Positions 11,087-25,479 are shown, counted from the stretch's first letter. The stretch: 64,000 nt of DNA from an uncultured Planctomycetota bacterium (GCA_963849325.1 CAWKHF010000001.1:64001-128000); one strand, 5' to 3'. Notes: generated by a model not told the origin, from the sequence alone. Translations and numbers: made by a program.

Positions 11087-11475
11087 GACGACCCTCCAAA
11101 CTGGATCCCCGATAAGTCCAGGACGGCAGGCGTTTCCTCCTCTGGACCCGGCACCGAAGGAAGCTCCCCGGCAGGAGTCGTCACTCCACTACCTTTTGGC
11201 GCATGTTGAGAGACGAACTGCTCCTACGGATAATTGTCGTTTTCGTCAAGCCCCAAGTCAAGGGAATCTGAAAAAAAAAATGTCGCCCACGCCGTACCTT
11301 CCAAGATCGCGGACGCGGTACGCTCGGCAGGAGCGAGGGTAGCGCCGGTCGAACGACATTTAGAATGCCTTGGCTCCGCTGACCAAGTTGATAATGAGGC
11401 GAACGATTAAAAGCACGAGGTCCGTGATATGGAAGATCGCGGACCCGGTCGTCTCGATGCGGAGAGGAGACGGGT

Positions 11476-12137
<662 letters not shown>

Positions 12138-12402
12138 GACGACTCCTGGTGGATTGCCTGGAAAGACCGGGACGCCGAACGGCTCCTCAAGCGGCACTCG
12201 AATGTCGTCTTTGCCTTCCCCTGGCAGAGGCCGCCACTCCGATGGAGATGAAGAGACAAGCTGACATTAGCTTAAGTTCCGATTGTCGAGACGCCCCCGG
12301 AGCGGTCGTCAAGCGATTATTCCGGAAAAAAGTTCGTTTTTCTCCAAGAAATTCTTGCCGAGGCGAGTCGTCGCCCCGGGTGCCTCTTGGCAAGAGGCTC
12401 GC

Positions 12403-12430
12403 TTGCCGGACGCCGGGGCCTCGCTATACT
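12403..12430 (+). promoter_or_regulatory. Putative sigma70 promoter of rpmB-gatCA
   Basis: TTGCCG-N16-TATACT, 42 nt before the ATG. Confidence 0.5.
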
Positions 12431-12472
12431 AGCATTTTCCGTCAGGACGCCGGAGAGGACGGGAGAACGATC

Positions 12473-12736
12473 ATGGGCATGCAATGCGACGTGTGCGGCA
12501 AGAAGCCGGTGCTGGGCAATCAGTACGCCCATCGCGGCAAGGCCAAGTACCTGGGCGGCGTCGGCCGCAAGGTCACGGGCATCAGCCGCCGCGCCTTCAA
12601 GCCGAACCTGCAGAGCATCCAGTGCCAGGTCGGCGGCTCGGTGAAGCGCATGCGCGTCTGCGTGCAGTGCATCCGCAGCGGCCGCATCCAGCGGCCGCAG
12701 AGACGCCGGCCGTTCCAGATGCCGACCCACCTGTAA
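12473..12736 (+). CDS. rpmB: 50S ribosomal protein L28 (CxxC/CxxC form)
   Basis: CDVCGKKP..GN, RRAFKPNLQ, RMRVCVQCIRSG. Confidence 0.95.
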   Translation: MGMQCDVCGKKPVLGNQYAHRGKAKYLGGVGRKVTGISRRAFKPNLQSIQCQVGGSVKRMRVCVQCIRSGRIQRPQRRRPFQMPTHL

Positions 12737-12755
12737 GTCTGCCGCGAGGTCCGCC

Positions 12756-13045
12756 ATGTCGCTGACGGCCGCAGGAAGTTCGCTGGGTCGCCCACCTGGC
12801 CCGCCTGCAGTTGACCGACGCCGAGCTGGAGACGATGACCCGCCAGCTCAGCGCCATCGTCGACTACGTCGATCAGCTGCAGCAGGTCAACACCGACGGC
12901 GTCGAGCCGATGGCGCACGCGCTGGCGGTGCAGAACGTCTTCCGCGACGACGAGCCGGCGCCCTCGCTGCCGGTCGCCGACGCCCTGGCCAACGCCTCCG
13001 CAGCGCCGCGGCGATTTCTACGGCGTGCCCGCCGTGCTGGACTAA
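12756..13045 (+). CDS. gatC: Asp/Glu-tRNA amidotransferase subunit C (frameshifted)
   Basis: EVRWVAHLARL, IVDYVDQL..VNTDGVEP, NVFRDD, FYGVPAVLD. Confidence 0.9.
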
Positions 13046-13072
13046 CGCCAAACGTGCCGGGATTGCAGCCCC

Positions 13073-14582
13073 ATGATCGAACGCACCGCCTCCGAGTTGT
13101 CCGTCCTCCTCTCGCGACGGCGAGATCACCGCCGAGGCGCTGACCGAGCAGTTCCTGCAAGCCATCCGCCAGCGCGATCCGCAGGTGCGCGCCTTCCTGC
13201 ACGTCGATGAGGCCGGCGCCCTGCGAGCAGGCGCGCGACGTCGATGCGCGCCGGCGGCGCGGCGAGCCGCTCGGTCCGCTCGCCGGCCTGCCGGTCGCGA
13301 TCAAGGACGTGCTCTGCACGCGCGGCCAGCCGACCACCTGCGGCAGCAAGATGCTGCAAAACTATCGGCCGCCCTACGACGCCCACGTCATCGCGCCGGC
13401 TGCGCCAGGCCGACGCCGTGCTGATCGGCAAGACCAACCTGGACGAGTTCGCGATGGGCTCGTCCACGGAGAACAGCGCCTATCAGGTCACGCGCAATCC
13501 GTGGGACCTGGAGCGCATCCCCGGCGGCTCCAGCGGCGGCTCGGCCGCCGCCGTCGCCGCCTGCGAGGCGCCGCTGGCGCTGGGCACCGACACCGGCGGC
13601 TCGATCCGCCAGCCGGCCGGCCTGTGCGGCGTCGTCGGCCTCAAGCCGTCCTACGGCCGCGTGTCGCGCTTCGGCCTCGTCGCCTTCGCCAGCTCGCTCG
13701 ACCAGGTCGGCCCGTTCGCCCACGACGTCGCCGACGCCGCCCTGCTGCTCGAAGCGATCGCCGGCCACGATCCGCCGCGACAGCACCAGCGTCGATCGGC
13801 CGGTCCCGGCCTACACGCGAGAGCGCTCGAGCAGCCGGTCGCGCCGCTGACCATCGGCGTGGCCCGCGAGTATTTCGACGAGGGACTCGACGCCGAGGTC
13901 GAGCAGGCCGTGCGCGCGGCGCTGAAGGTCTACGAGAGCTGGGCGCGAAGGTCGAGGACGTGTCGCTGCCGCACAGCCCGTACGCGGTGGCCACCTATTA
14001 CCTGGTGGCGACGGCCGAGGCGTCGAGCAACCTGGCCCGCTACGACGGCGTCCACTACGGCCATCGCTCGACCGACCACGCCGACCTGATCGACATGTAT
14101 TGCCGCATCGCGCGGCGAGGGCTTCGGCGCCGAGGTCAAGCGCCGCATCATGCTCGGCACCTACGCCCTGTCCAGCGGCTACAAGGACGCCTATTATCTC
14201 AAGGCGCTGAAGGTCCGCCGGCTGATCCGCGACGACTTCGACCAGGCGTTCGCCGCTGCGACGTGGTGATGGGCCCGACCTCGCCGACGCCGGCGTTCAA
14301 GATCGGCGAGCGAAGCAGCCGACCCGCTGGCGATGTACCTGGCCGACATCTACACCATCAGCGCCAACCTGGCCGGCCTGCCCGGCATCAGCATCCCGTG
14401 CGGCTTCACGAAGGCGGGCCTGCCGATCGGCCTGCAAATCCTGGCCGCGCCCGTTCGAGGAGGAGAAGCTGCTGCGCATCGCCCGCATGCACGAACGCGC
14501 CACCGACTGGCACACGCGCCGGCCGAAGGTCCCCGATCTTTCGCTCACGGGATTGGCTGAGTCTCCTCCGTCTCAACCTTGA
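13073..14582 (+). CDS. gatA: Asp/Glu-tRNA amidotransferase subunit A (multiple frameshifts, 3' end approximate)
   Basis: [59 protein letters not shown]. Confidence 0.95.
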
Positions 14583-14796
14583 CGATGTGTCGCAAGTCAA
14601 TGTGAACAGTTCGCTCAATCAGCGGTTTCTCCATGTCGCCCTGGTCGGGCAGCGGCACGACGAGCATTGCCATCCCCGTGCCAACCCAGATCAACTCCTG
14701 TCTGCGGATGTCATGCACCGTCCCGTCGCTCACGTACAGCCGCAGAGGCACGAACGGCTTCTGCCCTACCAGCTTCTGCAAATCGGCCGACGTCAT
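14545..14796 (-). CDS. Small planctomycete-type hypothetical protein
   Basis: [20 protein letters not shown]...[10 protein letters not shown] pattern. Confidence 0.65.
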   Translation of the reverse strand: MTSADLQKLVGQKPFVPLRLYVSDGTVHDIRRQELIWVGTGMAMLVVPLPDQGDMEKPLIERTVHIDLRHIVKVETEETQPIP

Positions 14797-14928
14797 GTGT
14801 ACCTCCAAGCTCCGGCTGCCTTTACGACTATTTTATCGACCCTTTCCCTTGCTGTCATCGTCCGGAACGATATAGTCAACAGGTTGTCACAGAGAGGTCA
14901 TTCACGTTCTCGGGAAAGGACGGCGAGC

Positions 14929-16099
14929 GTGGGGTACAAGCAAACGGCCCAGCATCGTTTCGGCAAGTCGTCGTATCATCAGATCGGCCTGGTCCGCGGC
15001 CAGTTCGGCAACGTGCCGATGGATCAGTGGATCAAGTTCCTGCAAGACACCGGCTTCGACGGCTGGGAGGAAGCGAGCTGGGAGCTGGACCTGAACCGCT
15101 GCGCCACCGACGCCGGCGCCGAGGCGTATGCCAAGGAGCGCGTCGAACTGGCCAAGAAGCACGGCCTGGAAATCTTCACCGTCGCCTCCCACCTGCAGGG
15201 CCAGGCCCTCGGCGACGAGCCCAGCGCCAAGACGCTGCAATTCGTCAAGGGCGAGCCGATCGAGGCGTACAAGGCCTGGCGCGCCAAGGGCAACAAGCCG
15301 CCGCGCACCAACCCCTATTTCGTGCCCGACGACGTCGGCAAGCTCATCCACGCAGGCGGCCACGCGCGATCTGCTGGCCATCGTCCGCCTGGCCCACTAT
15401 CTCGGCAAGCTGCAAGATCGCAAGGTCGCCGTGCCCGGCTTCGTCGGCTCGCCGGCCCACTGCTGGAGCCATTTCTTCCTCTTCCCGCCCTTGCCGGCCG
15501 ACATCGGCGGCCACGCCATCCCCGACGTGCGCGACGTCAGCCTGGAACTGCTCGTCGAGCGCTTCGGCCCGGTGCTCGACGCCTGCAAGAAGTACGGCGT
15601 GACGTTCGACCTCGAATGCCATCCCAGCGAGCGGGCGATGGGCGACCTCGAATCGGCCAACGACTACCTCAAGGCGATGGACAAGGCGGGCTACGGCAGC
15701 GTCGTCGGCTTCAACCTCGACGGCTCGCACATGGAATGGCAGGGCGTGTCGGTGGTCCAGTTCATCCGCGAGTTCGGCGAGCGCATCCACTGTGCCCACG
15801 TCAAGGGCGTGCAGGTGATCCGCGAGCACTGCCGCGGCGGCCGGCTCGGCGGTCATCGGCCGATGGGCCACTGGACCAACGGCTGGAACTTCGTCACCGC
15901 CGGCACCGCCCGCGACGCCAACAGCCTCGAAGAGATCTTCATCGAGCTGAACCGCGTCGGCTTCGACGGCGCCGTGAGCATCGAGTGGGAGGACAACGAC
16001 GCCGAGCAGCACGCCGGCGCGCAGACGGCCCTGGCCAACTGTCACAAGGCCGACAACCCGCCCAGCGGCATGCGCCACGATGAGATGCTCAAGGCGTGA
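14929..16099 (+). CDS. Sugar phosphate isomerase/epimerase (xylose isomerase-like TIM barrel), frameshift near 15355
   Basis: GFDGWE, LECHP, NLDGSH, HCAHVK, SIEWED. Confidence 0.85.
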
Positions 16100-16115
16100 G
16101 GTTGGCCGTTCGCGT

Positions 16116-16343
16116 TCACTGGGCGGGTGTATCGGCCCCCGCCGGGGCCGGAGGCGGAGGCGTCGGACCTGTCCGAGCGAGAGGGTTGTAGCGGGCGGTA
16201 TTCGGCCGACCCTCGACGGCCGGTTTGCTCACCAGCAACGGGTCGGGAGGCTCTTTGTGCTGCACCGCCGACTTGTGGCAGCCGAGTAGGGTGCCGCCCA
16301 GAAGCAGGGTGATCCAACCGATGCGCCGCAAGTTCGGCCCCAT
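16116..16343 (-). CDS. Small Pro-rich lipoprotein
   Basis: MGPNLRRIGWITLLLGGTLLGC lipobox, then PPDPLL..K. Confidence 0.55.
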   Translation of the reverse strand: MGPNLRRIGWITLLLGGTLLGCHKSAVQHKEPPDPLLVSKPAVEGRPNTARYNPLARTGPTPPPPAPAGADTPAQ

Positions 16344-16501
16344 GTCCGGCCTCGTCTTCGCTGAGGTCCACCGAGGAATGGTCTGTCCATGCAACTCTAC
16401 CCGGTCGTTTCTTCTTCGGTGGAGGGCGGCGCGGTTCTTGAAAAGAAAGGGAGTGCGGAAGAAAGGCCGACTTGATTCCGCCGGCAAAGACGGCAAAGCA
16501 G

Positions 16502-16598
16502 AAAACAATTAACCACGGATGAACACAGATGAACACGGATAAAAAAGACAATTAATTTTTATCCGTGTTCATCGTGTTCATCCGTGGTTAATTGTTTT
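16502..16598. repeat. Inverted repeat with CAC(G/A)GAT sub-units, same family as 8719
   Basis: aaaacaattaaccacggatgaacac... / ...gtgttcatccgtggttaattgtttt. Confidence 0.85.
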
Positions 16599-16599
16599 T

Positions 16600-18176
16600 C
16601 TAATTGTGCCGATAGTTCATGTCTTCACAGAGGCGTTCGAGCGCCTCGCGGGCGTGGTGGGCCACGTCGCCGTCCTCGGCGTCGGCCAGGCGGTCGAGGT
16701 CGGGCCACAGCAGGGTCAGGTTCTCGCCGGCGACGGTCTGAATCGTGTCGTGGACGCGCTGCGGATCTTCGCTGGTCAAGGTCTGGCGGAACCACTGCAG
16801 CGCCTGCCGTTCGCCGAGGCGGGCCAGGGCGGCGCGGGCGGCCTGCCGCACGTCGGGGTTGGGATCGCGGCGCGCGTCCTGGAGCGTCAGCAGCACCTCG
16901 TGGCGCTGCAGCGGCTCCCACCAGCCCAGGCTGCCGACGGCGCTGAGGCGGATGGTCGGATCCCAGTCGCGGGCAGCCAGGAGCAGGAACGCCTCCGTCT
17001 GCGGCGAGGGATGGCCGCGCAGGGTGCGCAGGATGGCCCGATAGGGCAGGTCGGACGGGATCGACGGGCGGCGCGGCGACGCGGCGCGGCGGCGGCGCTG
17101 GGCGCGGCGGACCATCGGCACGCGCTCGAGCACCCAGTCGCGCAGCAGCGGGGCGATGCGCGGATGGGACGACCAGGTAAGCACTTCCAGGGCCAACTCG
17201 GCGTGCGGATAGTGCGGCGTCGGCCAGCAGCGGCAGCACCGCCTCGCCCGCCTCGGCTCGCAGGTCGATCAGGGCCAGCAGCAGGTCGCGCTGCTCCTCG
17301 CTGGACGCATCCGGCAGACGCTGACACAGCAAGGACGGGCGCTTCGTGCAGGAAGTCGGTCAGGGCCGGCTCCAGCGCGGTCAGGCGCGACATCTGCCAG
17401 CCGAACGCCTCCTGCTCGGACGCCTCGCCGGACAGCATCGTCTCGGCGTGCGGCGCCCGCCGCAGCAGGCGCAGCGCTTCGACGTAGACGCGCACGGCCA
17501 GCGGATCGATCCGTTCCGTCGCGGTTGTCCCACAGCGTCTCGATCAGCTCGCCGACGCGCGCCTCGGCGACGACGTTGGGCGGCACGCCGAAGCGCAGCC
17601 CCTCCAGGGCGCGGTGGAAGACGCGCAGGGCGGAGCGGCCCAGCGGCGTCTCGAACTGGCGCAGGTAGCCGGAGAAGCCGAGGAAGCAGATCGTCTCGGC
17701 GGCGAAGAACTGGCCCAGCGGCGGATCGCCGGCCGCCTCGGCGCAGCGCAGCAGGTGCGGCAGGCTCTGCGCGCGGTTGAGCGTGCGCAGGCCGTTGGCC
17801 AGGTCGATCCAGTACCACGCCTGTTCGATCTGGTCGTCGGTCAGGCGGCGGTGCAGCTGGCGTTCGAGGATGCGGCCGGCGTCGTCGGTGCCCAGCTCGG
17901 CCAGGGCGCGGACCTGGACGACGTACTGCATGCCGGCGCGCAGGCTGGCCTCGACGGCCGCCACCTCGCCGCGCTCCAGCAGATCGCGGAAGCGCGCCTT
18001 GGCCGATTCGACCGCCGACTCGCTGAGTTGGCCGCCCTGGAACAGGTCGATGTGCTGGCGGCTGATCGGCGACAGCTCGTCGCGCAGGCTGCTGCTGGCG
18101 GTGCCGGCGCACCAGCAAGCAGCGCCGCCGCCAGCAGCAGAGGCAGCAACACGATCAGGATCATCACGGCGTGCAT
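16600..18176 (-). CDS. Membrane-anchored HEAT-repeat protein (frameshifted)
   Basis: N-terminal TM. Repeats DWDPTIRLSAVGSLG, DPNPDVRQAARAAL, DGDVAHHAREAL. Pieces lie in several frames. Confidence 0.7.
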
Positions 18177-18195
18177 GTGCATCCGCATCCCATGG

Positions 18196-18260
18196 CCGGC
18201 GAGCCGGGGCGTCAGCCCCCTGTTGGAAGCAACAGGGGGCTGACGCCCCCCGCTCGCCGG
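18196..18260. repeat. REP-like palindrome
   Basis: ccggcgagccggggcgtcagccccctgttg ... caacagggggctgacgcc...gctcgccgg. Confidence 0.8.
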
Positions 18261-18265
18261 ATTCC

Positions 18266-19558
<1,293 letters not shown>

Positions 19559-19562
<4 letters not shown>

Positions 19563-20580
19563 GATGGATCTCTCAGGGTGCGGAGGATCGTGCCATCCAG
19601 GCCCCGCGAACCGAAGTCCGCGGGCACGAGCTGGAAGGACACGCCGCGCGGCGGCTCCTGCACCAGCTCGAAGTCCTTTGGTAATTGTAGCTGAACCGGC
19701 TCGTGATATCTGCCCGCCGGGAAACGTCCGCGCGTCAAATCGACGAAGGCGTACACCTTCGGCAGCTCCTCGCGCGCCGGCCCCTGGACGCGCAGGCTGA
19801 TGCGTCCGGCGCGTTCGTCGAAGAACTTGCGGCCGCAGCGGGAAGTCCACCGGACAGAGAAAGTGGACCGGCACCTCCGGCAACTCGTAGACCTTCCGCG
19901 CCTGCGCCGGCAGCCGCACGGTGACGCGGTTGGGCACCACCTGCACGGGCCGGCCTTCCAGTTCCTGCACCAGCGGCACGCGGACGGCAGCGCGCGGCCA
20001 GGGCGCGACCGCGATCGGCAGTTCCGACGGCTGCGTGGAGATCGACGCGGGCGCGGTCGAGCACTTCCTGCGGCCCGCGCACCAGCACCGTCGCCGGCTC
20101 GATGACCACCGGCCCGACCGGCTCGTCGCTGACCGAGTCGAAGCGCACCGGCAGACGCCGCTCGACCAGCCGATGCAGCGTCAACGAGATGCGATTGCGG
20201 CCCTCGACCATCATCGCCGTGACGCCCGGCGGCGTGTGGATGTCGGAGCTCTCGACGAGGATCGAATCGGTGTAGCGAGCCTTCGTGCAGATGCTCGGCC
20301 GGCACGGTGAACGTGAGCGGCGACCTGCAGTTCGTTGTGCTGGAGCATGCCCTGCAGTTCGCGGATGCGCAGGGGCGAGCCGGTGAACGAGACCATGACG
20401 TGATTGGGGCCGCTCAGTTCCAGGCTGTAGTGTTCGGCCTGCTCGGGGGCCAGGCGTCACCTGCACCGGGACGGGCACGTTGTCGAGGATTTCCTGATCG
20501 CGGCTGCGGGCGTACAGCCAGACCAGGAGCGCCAGGCTCAGGGCGACGAGCAGGGAGAGCATGCGATCGATCATCGGCAC
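19559..20580 (-). CDS. CdaR/YbbR-like protein (frameshifted)
   Basis: N-terminal [11 protein letters not shown] and [11 protein letters not shown]. Directly downstream of the diadenylate cyclase. Confidence 0.65.
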
Positions 20581-20589
20581 CCGCTTCCT

Positions 20590-21491
20590 TCATCTTATCT
20601 CACCACTTATCCCCGAATCGCAGAGCAGAGGAGGCAACATGCGGTTCAAGCGGCGGAGCGTTGCTCGTCGGACTTGCGGCGCTGTCGCCGGCGGCTCTCG
20701 CCGTTGTCGCGGCTGCTCAGCAGGGCGGCCAGGCGGCGCGACAGGTTTTCGCGCGGCACCGGCTTCGAGCCGGCCGCCGACGGCCAGCGAGATGCGGCCC
20801 GTCTCCTCGCTGACCACCAGCAGCACGGCGTCGGTCTCCTCGCTCATGCACAGGGCGGAGCGATGGCGCATGCCCATGTGCATGCTGGCGCCTTCGGGCG
20901 GCTGGCCCAGCGGCAGCTGGCAGGCCGCCGCGGCGATGCCGGCCGCCGCACAGGATCACCGCGCCGTCGTGCAGCGGGCTGCGCTTGCAGAAAATCGCCC
21001 GCAACAGAGTTGGCCGACACCTCGCCGTCGATCCGCTCGCCCGTCTCGACGTACATGGCCAGGGCCATCTCGCGCTCGATGGCGATCAGGGCGCCGACGC
21101 ACTCGCGCGACATCGCCTCGGCGGCGTCGGCCAGCTGGTCGGCGACCGGCTGCTGCGGCGTGTGGACGAAGTAACGCAAGATGCGATAGCGGCCCAGCAC
21201 CATCAGGCCGCGGCGCAGCTCCGGCTGGAAGATGACCAGCAGCCCCAGCAGGACCGTGGTCAGCAGGTAGTCGAGGACGCGGCCGAGCACGGTCAGGTCG
21301 AAGCTGGCGATGACGACCTGGGCGACGAGGAACAGGCCGACGACGACCAGGCCCAGGCCGCGCACAATGCCGGCCCCGCGCGTCTTGCCGAGCAGACGCA
21401 GAATCAAGTAGATGGCCACGGCGAGGATGGCGATCTCCACGCCGTCGCGCGTGCCCACCGATTCATAGAGCTGGGCCAGGCGTTCTCTCAA
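20590..21491 (-). CDS. cdaA: Diadenylate cyclase, CdaA type (frameshifted)
   Basis: Three TMs, VIFQPELRR, LHDGAVI, GMRHRSA, VVSEETG. Confidence 0.9.
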
Positions 21492-21515
21492 TGATCCGCC
21501 TCCGGACCAAACTCT

Positions 21516-21565
21516 TCCGAGCCTGAAGCGTAAGGTCGTTTCTTCGCTTACGCTTCAGGCTCGGA
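21516..21565. repeat. REP-like palindrome (gagcctgaagcgtaag family)
   Basis: Same arms and same actcttcc flank as the 49649 copy. Confidence 0.85.
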
Positions 21566-21599
21566 TCAATCCCGTTTATCCGCTCGTACGGAACATTCA

Positions 21600-22444
21600 T
21601 CACGCAGCGCCTTGAGCAACACGATCGACGTCGCGCGTCTCGGCCACGTCATGCACGCGGACGATCTGGGCGGTCTGGCGAACGAGGGCGTAACAGGCGG
21701 CGGCCAGCGAGCCGGCCAACCGCTGCTCCAGCGGCCGGCCCAGCACCTGGCCGAGGAATCCCTTGCGCGACACGCCCAGACAGACCGGCCGGCCCAGACG
21801 CTGCAATTCCTCCAGACGGGCCAGCAGTCGCAGGTTGTGCGCGGTCGTCTTGCCGAAGCCGATGCCGGGGTCGAGCACGACCTGCGAGGCTGCTATACCC
21901 AGATCGACGACGGCCTGCAACCTCGCCTCCAGGAAGGCGGCCACCTCCGCGACCACGTCGTCATAGTGCGGCTGGACCTGCATGGTGGCGGCGTGCCTTG
22001 CATGTGCATGAGGATGACGCCGGCCCCGAAGGACCGCACGACTTCCGGCATGGCCGGGTCGCCTTGCAGGGCGGTGATGTCGTTGATGACGTGCGCGCCC
22101 GCCTCCAGCGCCTGGCGGGCGACCTCCGCCTTGCACGTGTCCACGGACAGCGGCACCGTGGTTAGCGCGGCCAGGCGGCGGACCACCGGGACGACGCGGC
22201 GCCAGTTCTTCTTCGGTCGAGACGGGCTGGGCGCCGGGCCGGCTCGATTCGCCGCCGATGTCGAGCAGGTCGGCCCCCTGCTCGACCAGCCGCAGGGCAT
22301 GCGCGACGGCCGCGTCCGGCGTCGGCGAAATCGGCCGCCGTCGGAGAAGCTGTCGGGCGTGACGTTGACGATGCCCATGACCAGCGGCGGGTCGCCGGGC
22401 GTCAGAGTGCGGTCGCGCAGTTGCCAGGTCCGGGAGGCAGCCAT
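21600..22444 (-). CDS. folP: Dihydropteroate synthase (frameshifted)
   Basis: MGIVNVTPDSFSDGG, SVDT, LMHMQG, LDPGIGFGK, GVSRK, VRVHDV. Confidence 0.95.
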
Positions 22445-22448
22445 CGGC

Positions 22449-23329
22449 TCACCAGGGCACTTCCATCATCGACACGATCTGGTCGGCCATGCGATTGACG
22501 TTGTCCTGCTGGGCCGTCGAGATCGACTGGCCGAGTTCCGGCCGGTAGTAGGCGAGCGAGCGCACGAGCACGCCCTGGAGATCGGCCGGCCGGTGAGGCC
22601 GACGGAAGCCGGCGTGGGCCGGCATGCCGCCGGCACGGAGACGCCGGGCGAGCCGGGAACCTGGTGCCGACCGCCGGACGGCGGATGCCGGCGTCGCGGT
22701 GGGCGGTCGTCGGCCATCGTGGCCGGCTGTCCGCCGGGGTTGTTCGGCGCGGTGAGGAGAGGCGCCTGCGATCACGCCGGGCGAACCCGGCGGCGCGTTC
22801 AGCGGGTCCAGCTGATTGGGCAGCAGCCCGGCCGGCGGCAGCGGCTCGGTCGGACGCTGCGCCGCGACGACAGAATCTCGCCGGTGCGCAGGTCCTTCCA
22901 CAACACCTCGACCGTCAGCGTCGTCTGCACCTCGCGCTGTTCGTTTTGCTGGGTGTAGTTCAGGGCCAGCTTCGTGGAAGCTGAGGATGGAGCCGGAGAT
23001 TTCCGTGTCGGCATCGCCGGAGACGACCTTGTACGGCGTCTTCTGCTCGATGGCGCGCACGATGGCCAGCGTCAGCTCATCTCCAGGCCGGGCACCGGCA
23101 CGACGGCCCAGAACGTCGGGTCCTTGAAGATCTTCACGCGCACGGTCTTGAAGCGTTTGTCGTAGTTGGGCGCGGTGCCGTAGCCGAAGAGGACAGGTTT
23201 GCCGCCGTTCCAGCTGAACACCTGGCTCCAAGTGCAGGCGGGCACGGACAGGCTGACGCCGGCCAGTGCCAGCAACACGGAGCGGCGCGACCATTGCCGC
23301 GGTGTCCCTCGCTCGGCGAGTTTGTCCAT
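22449..23329 (-). CDS. lptE: LptE-like lipoprotein with Pro-rich insertion (frameshifted)
   Basis: Lipoprotein signal, KTVRVKIF, IEQKTPYKVV..ADTEISG, GQS..TA..MADQIVSMMEVPW. Follows bamD. Confidence 0.65.
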
Positions 23330-23369
23330 GTCCTCCTCCGTTTGGCGACACGCCAATGACATCGATTTG

Positions 23370-24718
23370 TCAGTTCCCGCCGGCGCCGGGGGGCAGTGGC
23401 CGCGGCGGCGGGGCCGTCTCCGGCGTGCGGGTGCGCCATCGGCGCCGCGTTGAGTCCGCCCGGCAGCGGCCGCGGCGGCGGCATAACTTCCGGCTCGTTG
23501 GTCACGCGGCGCGGCTGGCGCCAGCTGCTCGATCGGCCGGCGCAGCTCCGGCTCCGGCGGCGGACCCAGCCGGTCGCGCTGTTCCTTCTCCATCTTGGCG
23601 CGGATCTCCAACATCCGCTGCGTCGCTCGGCTGGCGGCCGAGTCCGGTCGCGTGTCCGGGTAACGACGGCGGACGATCTCGTAATAGAAGTAGGCCGAGC
23701 CGGGATGGCCGGTGCGGCGCCAGAACTCGGCCATCTGGAAGTCCTTCTCCGCCTGCTGGGCGCTGATGCTGGCCAGCAGTTTGACCAGGTCTCTGCTTGC
23801 GCTGATCGTTCATCTGCGGCATGCGCAGCGCCTCGTCCACCAGCTTGCGGGCCTCGGCGACCTTACGGCCATCGTACAGCTCGCCGCCGGTGCTCATCAG
23901 CTTGGCCTTGATCGCCAACTCGACGGCGTAGGGCGCGAACGGGACTGTCCGGGTAGTGCTCGTGCAGCGTGGTGAAGTCGTGGTCGGCGTCCGTGTAATC
24001 CTCGTTGAACCAGTTGACGTGTACCGCACAGGTACAGCGCCTTGTCCGCCAGCGCCCCGCCCTTGCCCTCGTAGGTGTACACGTCCTTCAGTCGCTCGAT
24101 GGCCCGGCCCTCGCGGTCGATCAGCGGCTTACGTTTGTCGAGGTTGACGAAGCGCGGCCAGACGACCCAGCGCTTGCCCTCGCGCTTCTCCTCGGTCTCG
24201 CGCACCTCGACCCAGGTGTCTTGCAGCCAGAAGCGGGCGATGTCGTAGATGTGCTGGATGGCCTGGTCGCGGTAGGGGTTCTGCGTATGGTTCTTCAGCA
24301 GGTCGGCGTAGGTGTCGGCCGCCTTGGGATAATCGCCCTGCATGCGCAGGCACTCCGCCTCGTAATACAGGGCTTCCTGCACGAGGTGGATGGGGTTTTT
24401 CTCGTTGTTGGCGACGTGGTGATACAGCTTCTCGGCCTTGGCGTAGTCTTCACGGCGGAAGAACTCGCGGGCCCCGGCCAGCTCGGCCTCGGCGCCCTTG
24501 TCCTTGGGCGTCGTCTCGGCGACGAGGGCGCCGTTGCGCAGCACGAAGCTCTCGACGGGCGGCGGCGGCGGCATCGGGCGGCTTGAAGGGATTCATCTGG
24601 TCCCAGGTGCAGCCGCCGACGAAGTACGAAGTAGCCAGTACGAAGTACGACAAGAGAGGCGATCCTCTTCGTCCTTCTTTTCTTGTACTTCGCAGTTCGC
24701 ACTTCGTGCGTCGTTCAT
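23370..24718 (-). CDS. bamD: BamD-like TPR lipoprotein (frameshifted)
   Basis: Lipobox VGGC, TPRs (EALYYEAEC), AEFWRRTGHPGSAYFYYEIVRRRYP. Located between recO and lptE. Confidence 0.7.
24619..24712. repeat. Degenerate inverted heptamer arrays (ACGAAGT / ACTTCGY) inside the bamD 5' end
   Basis: acgaagtacgaagtagccagtacgaagtacga ... tacttcgcagttcgcacttcgtgcg. Confidence 0.65.
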
Positions 24719-25479
24719 CAGCTCCCCAGGTAAGACAGCAACCGCGGCCGGCGGCCCAGCAGGTAGCGTCACGTACTGCCCGAGCAGCTGCCGAACTTCC
24801 GCCCGCACCTCCGTGCCCCAGGGACGTCGCCAGGCCTCGCCGGGTTCGGCCAAGTCGCACAGCGTCCGCCAGGTTCGCGGCGACAGCGGCCGGCTGTCGC
24901 GCTGTCCGCCCCGGCAGCCGCGACAGAGCACGCCGTTGGCCGACGGACTGAAGGCCAGCTCCGTTTCCAGCGACCGGCCCGCCGCAGCCGGCACAGTGAT
25001 CGAGGACGGGGCTATACCCCAGCTCGCGCAGCAACACCATCTCAAATCGCGCCATGCGCGGCCCACATTCGACCGTTCGCGGTCCCGCCTCCGTCAAGCC
25101 GATTTCCCGCAGCGTGTCCAGCGGCCTCGTCGAACAGCGGCGGATGCGGATCGTAGTCCTGCGTCCAGTCGGCCAGCAGCTCGGCGACGTAGTAGGCGGC
25201 ATACAGGGCGGCGAGGTCCGTCCGCAGCCGCGGGAATCGCTGGATGACCTGGGCCTCCGTCAACAGGTCCAGACTGCCCGATGATTTGCGGAGGAAGACG
25301 ATACTGCACAGCGGTCAGCAAGTCAAGGGCATTCTCGAAGTTGGACTTGAGCCGCCGTCCCGCCCTTGGCCAGGGCGCGCACCTTGCCGAACTCGCGCGT
25401 CCACAAGGTGGCGATGCGGCTGCTCTCGCTCCAGTCGGTGGTCCGCAGCACCAGCGCCATGCGCCTTCTCCGCAGACAT
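24718..25479 (-). CDS. recO: DNA repair protein RecO (frameshifted)
   Basis: LVLRTTDWSESSRIATLWTREFGKVRALAKG, LRELGYSP, CAGCG...LCRGC. Confidence 0.9.

Noticed and set aside
10162-11088. Plus-strand His/Ala-rich (AHHAAH) and Pro/Met-rich ORFs
   Set aside because: Antisense shadows. RBS, signal peptide, shared stop position and synonymous-only tail differences all support the minus strand.
12473-14582. gatB missing from rpmB-gatC-gatA
   Set aside because: Split gat operons are common, so this is not informative.
13207-16083. 958-aa ORF as a GatA-isomerase fusion
   Set aside because: Chance read-through of indel-shifted frames across separate genes.
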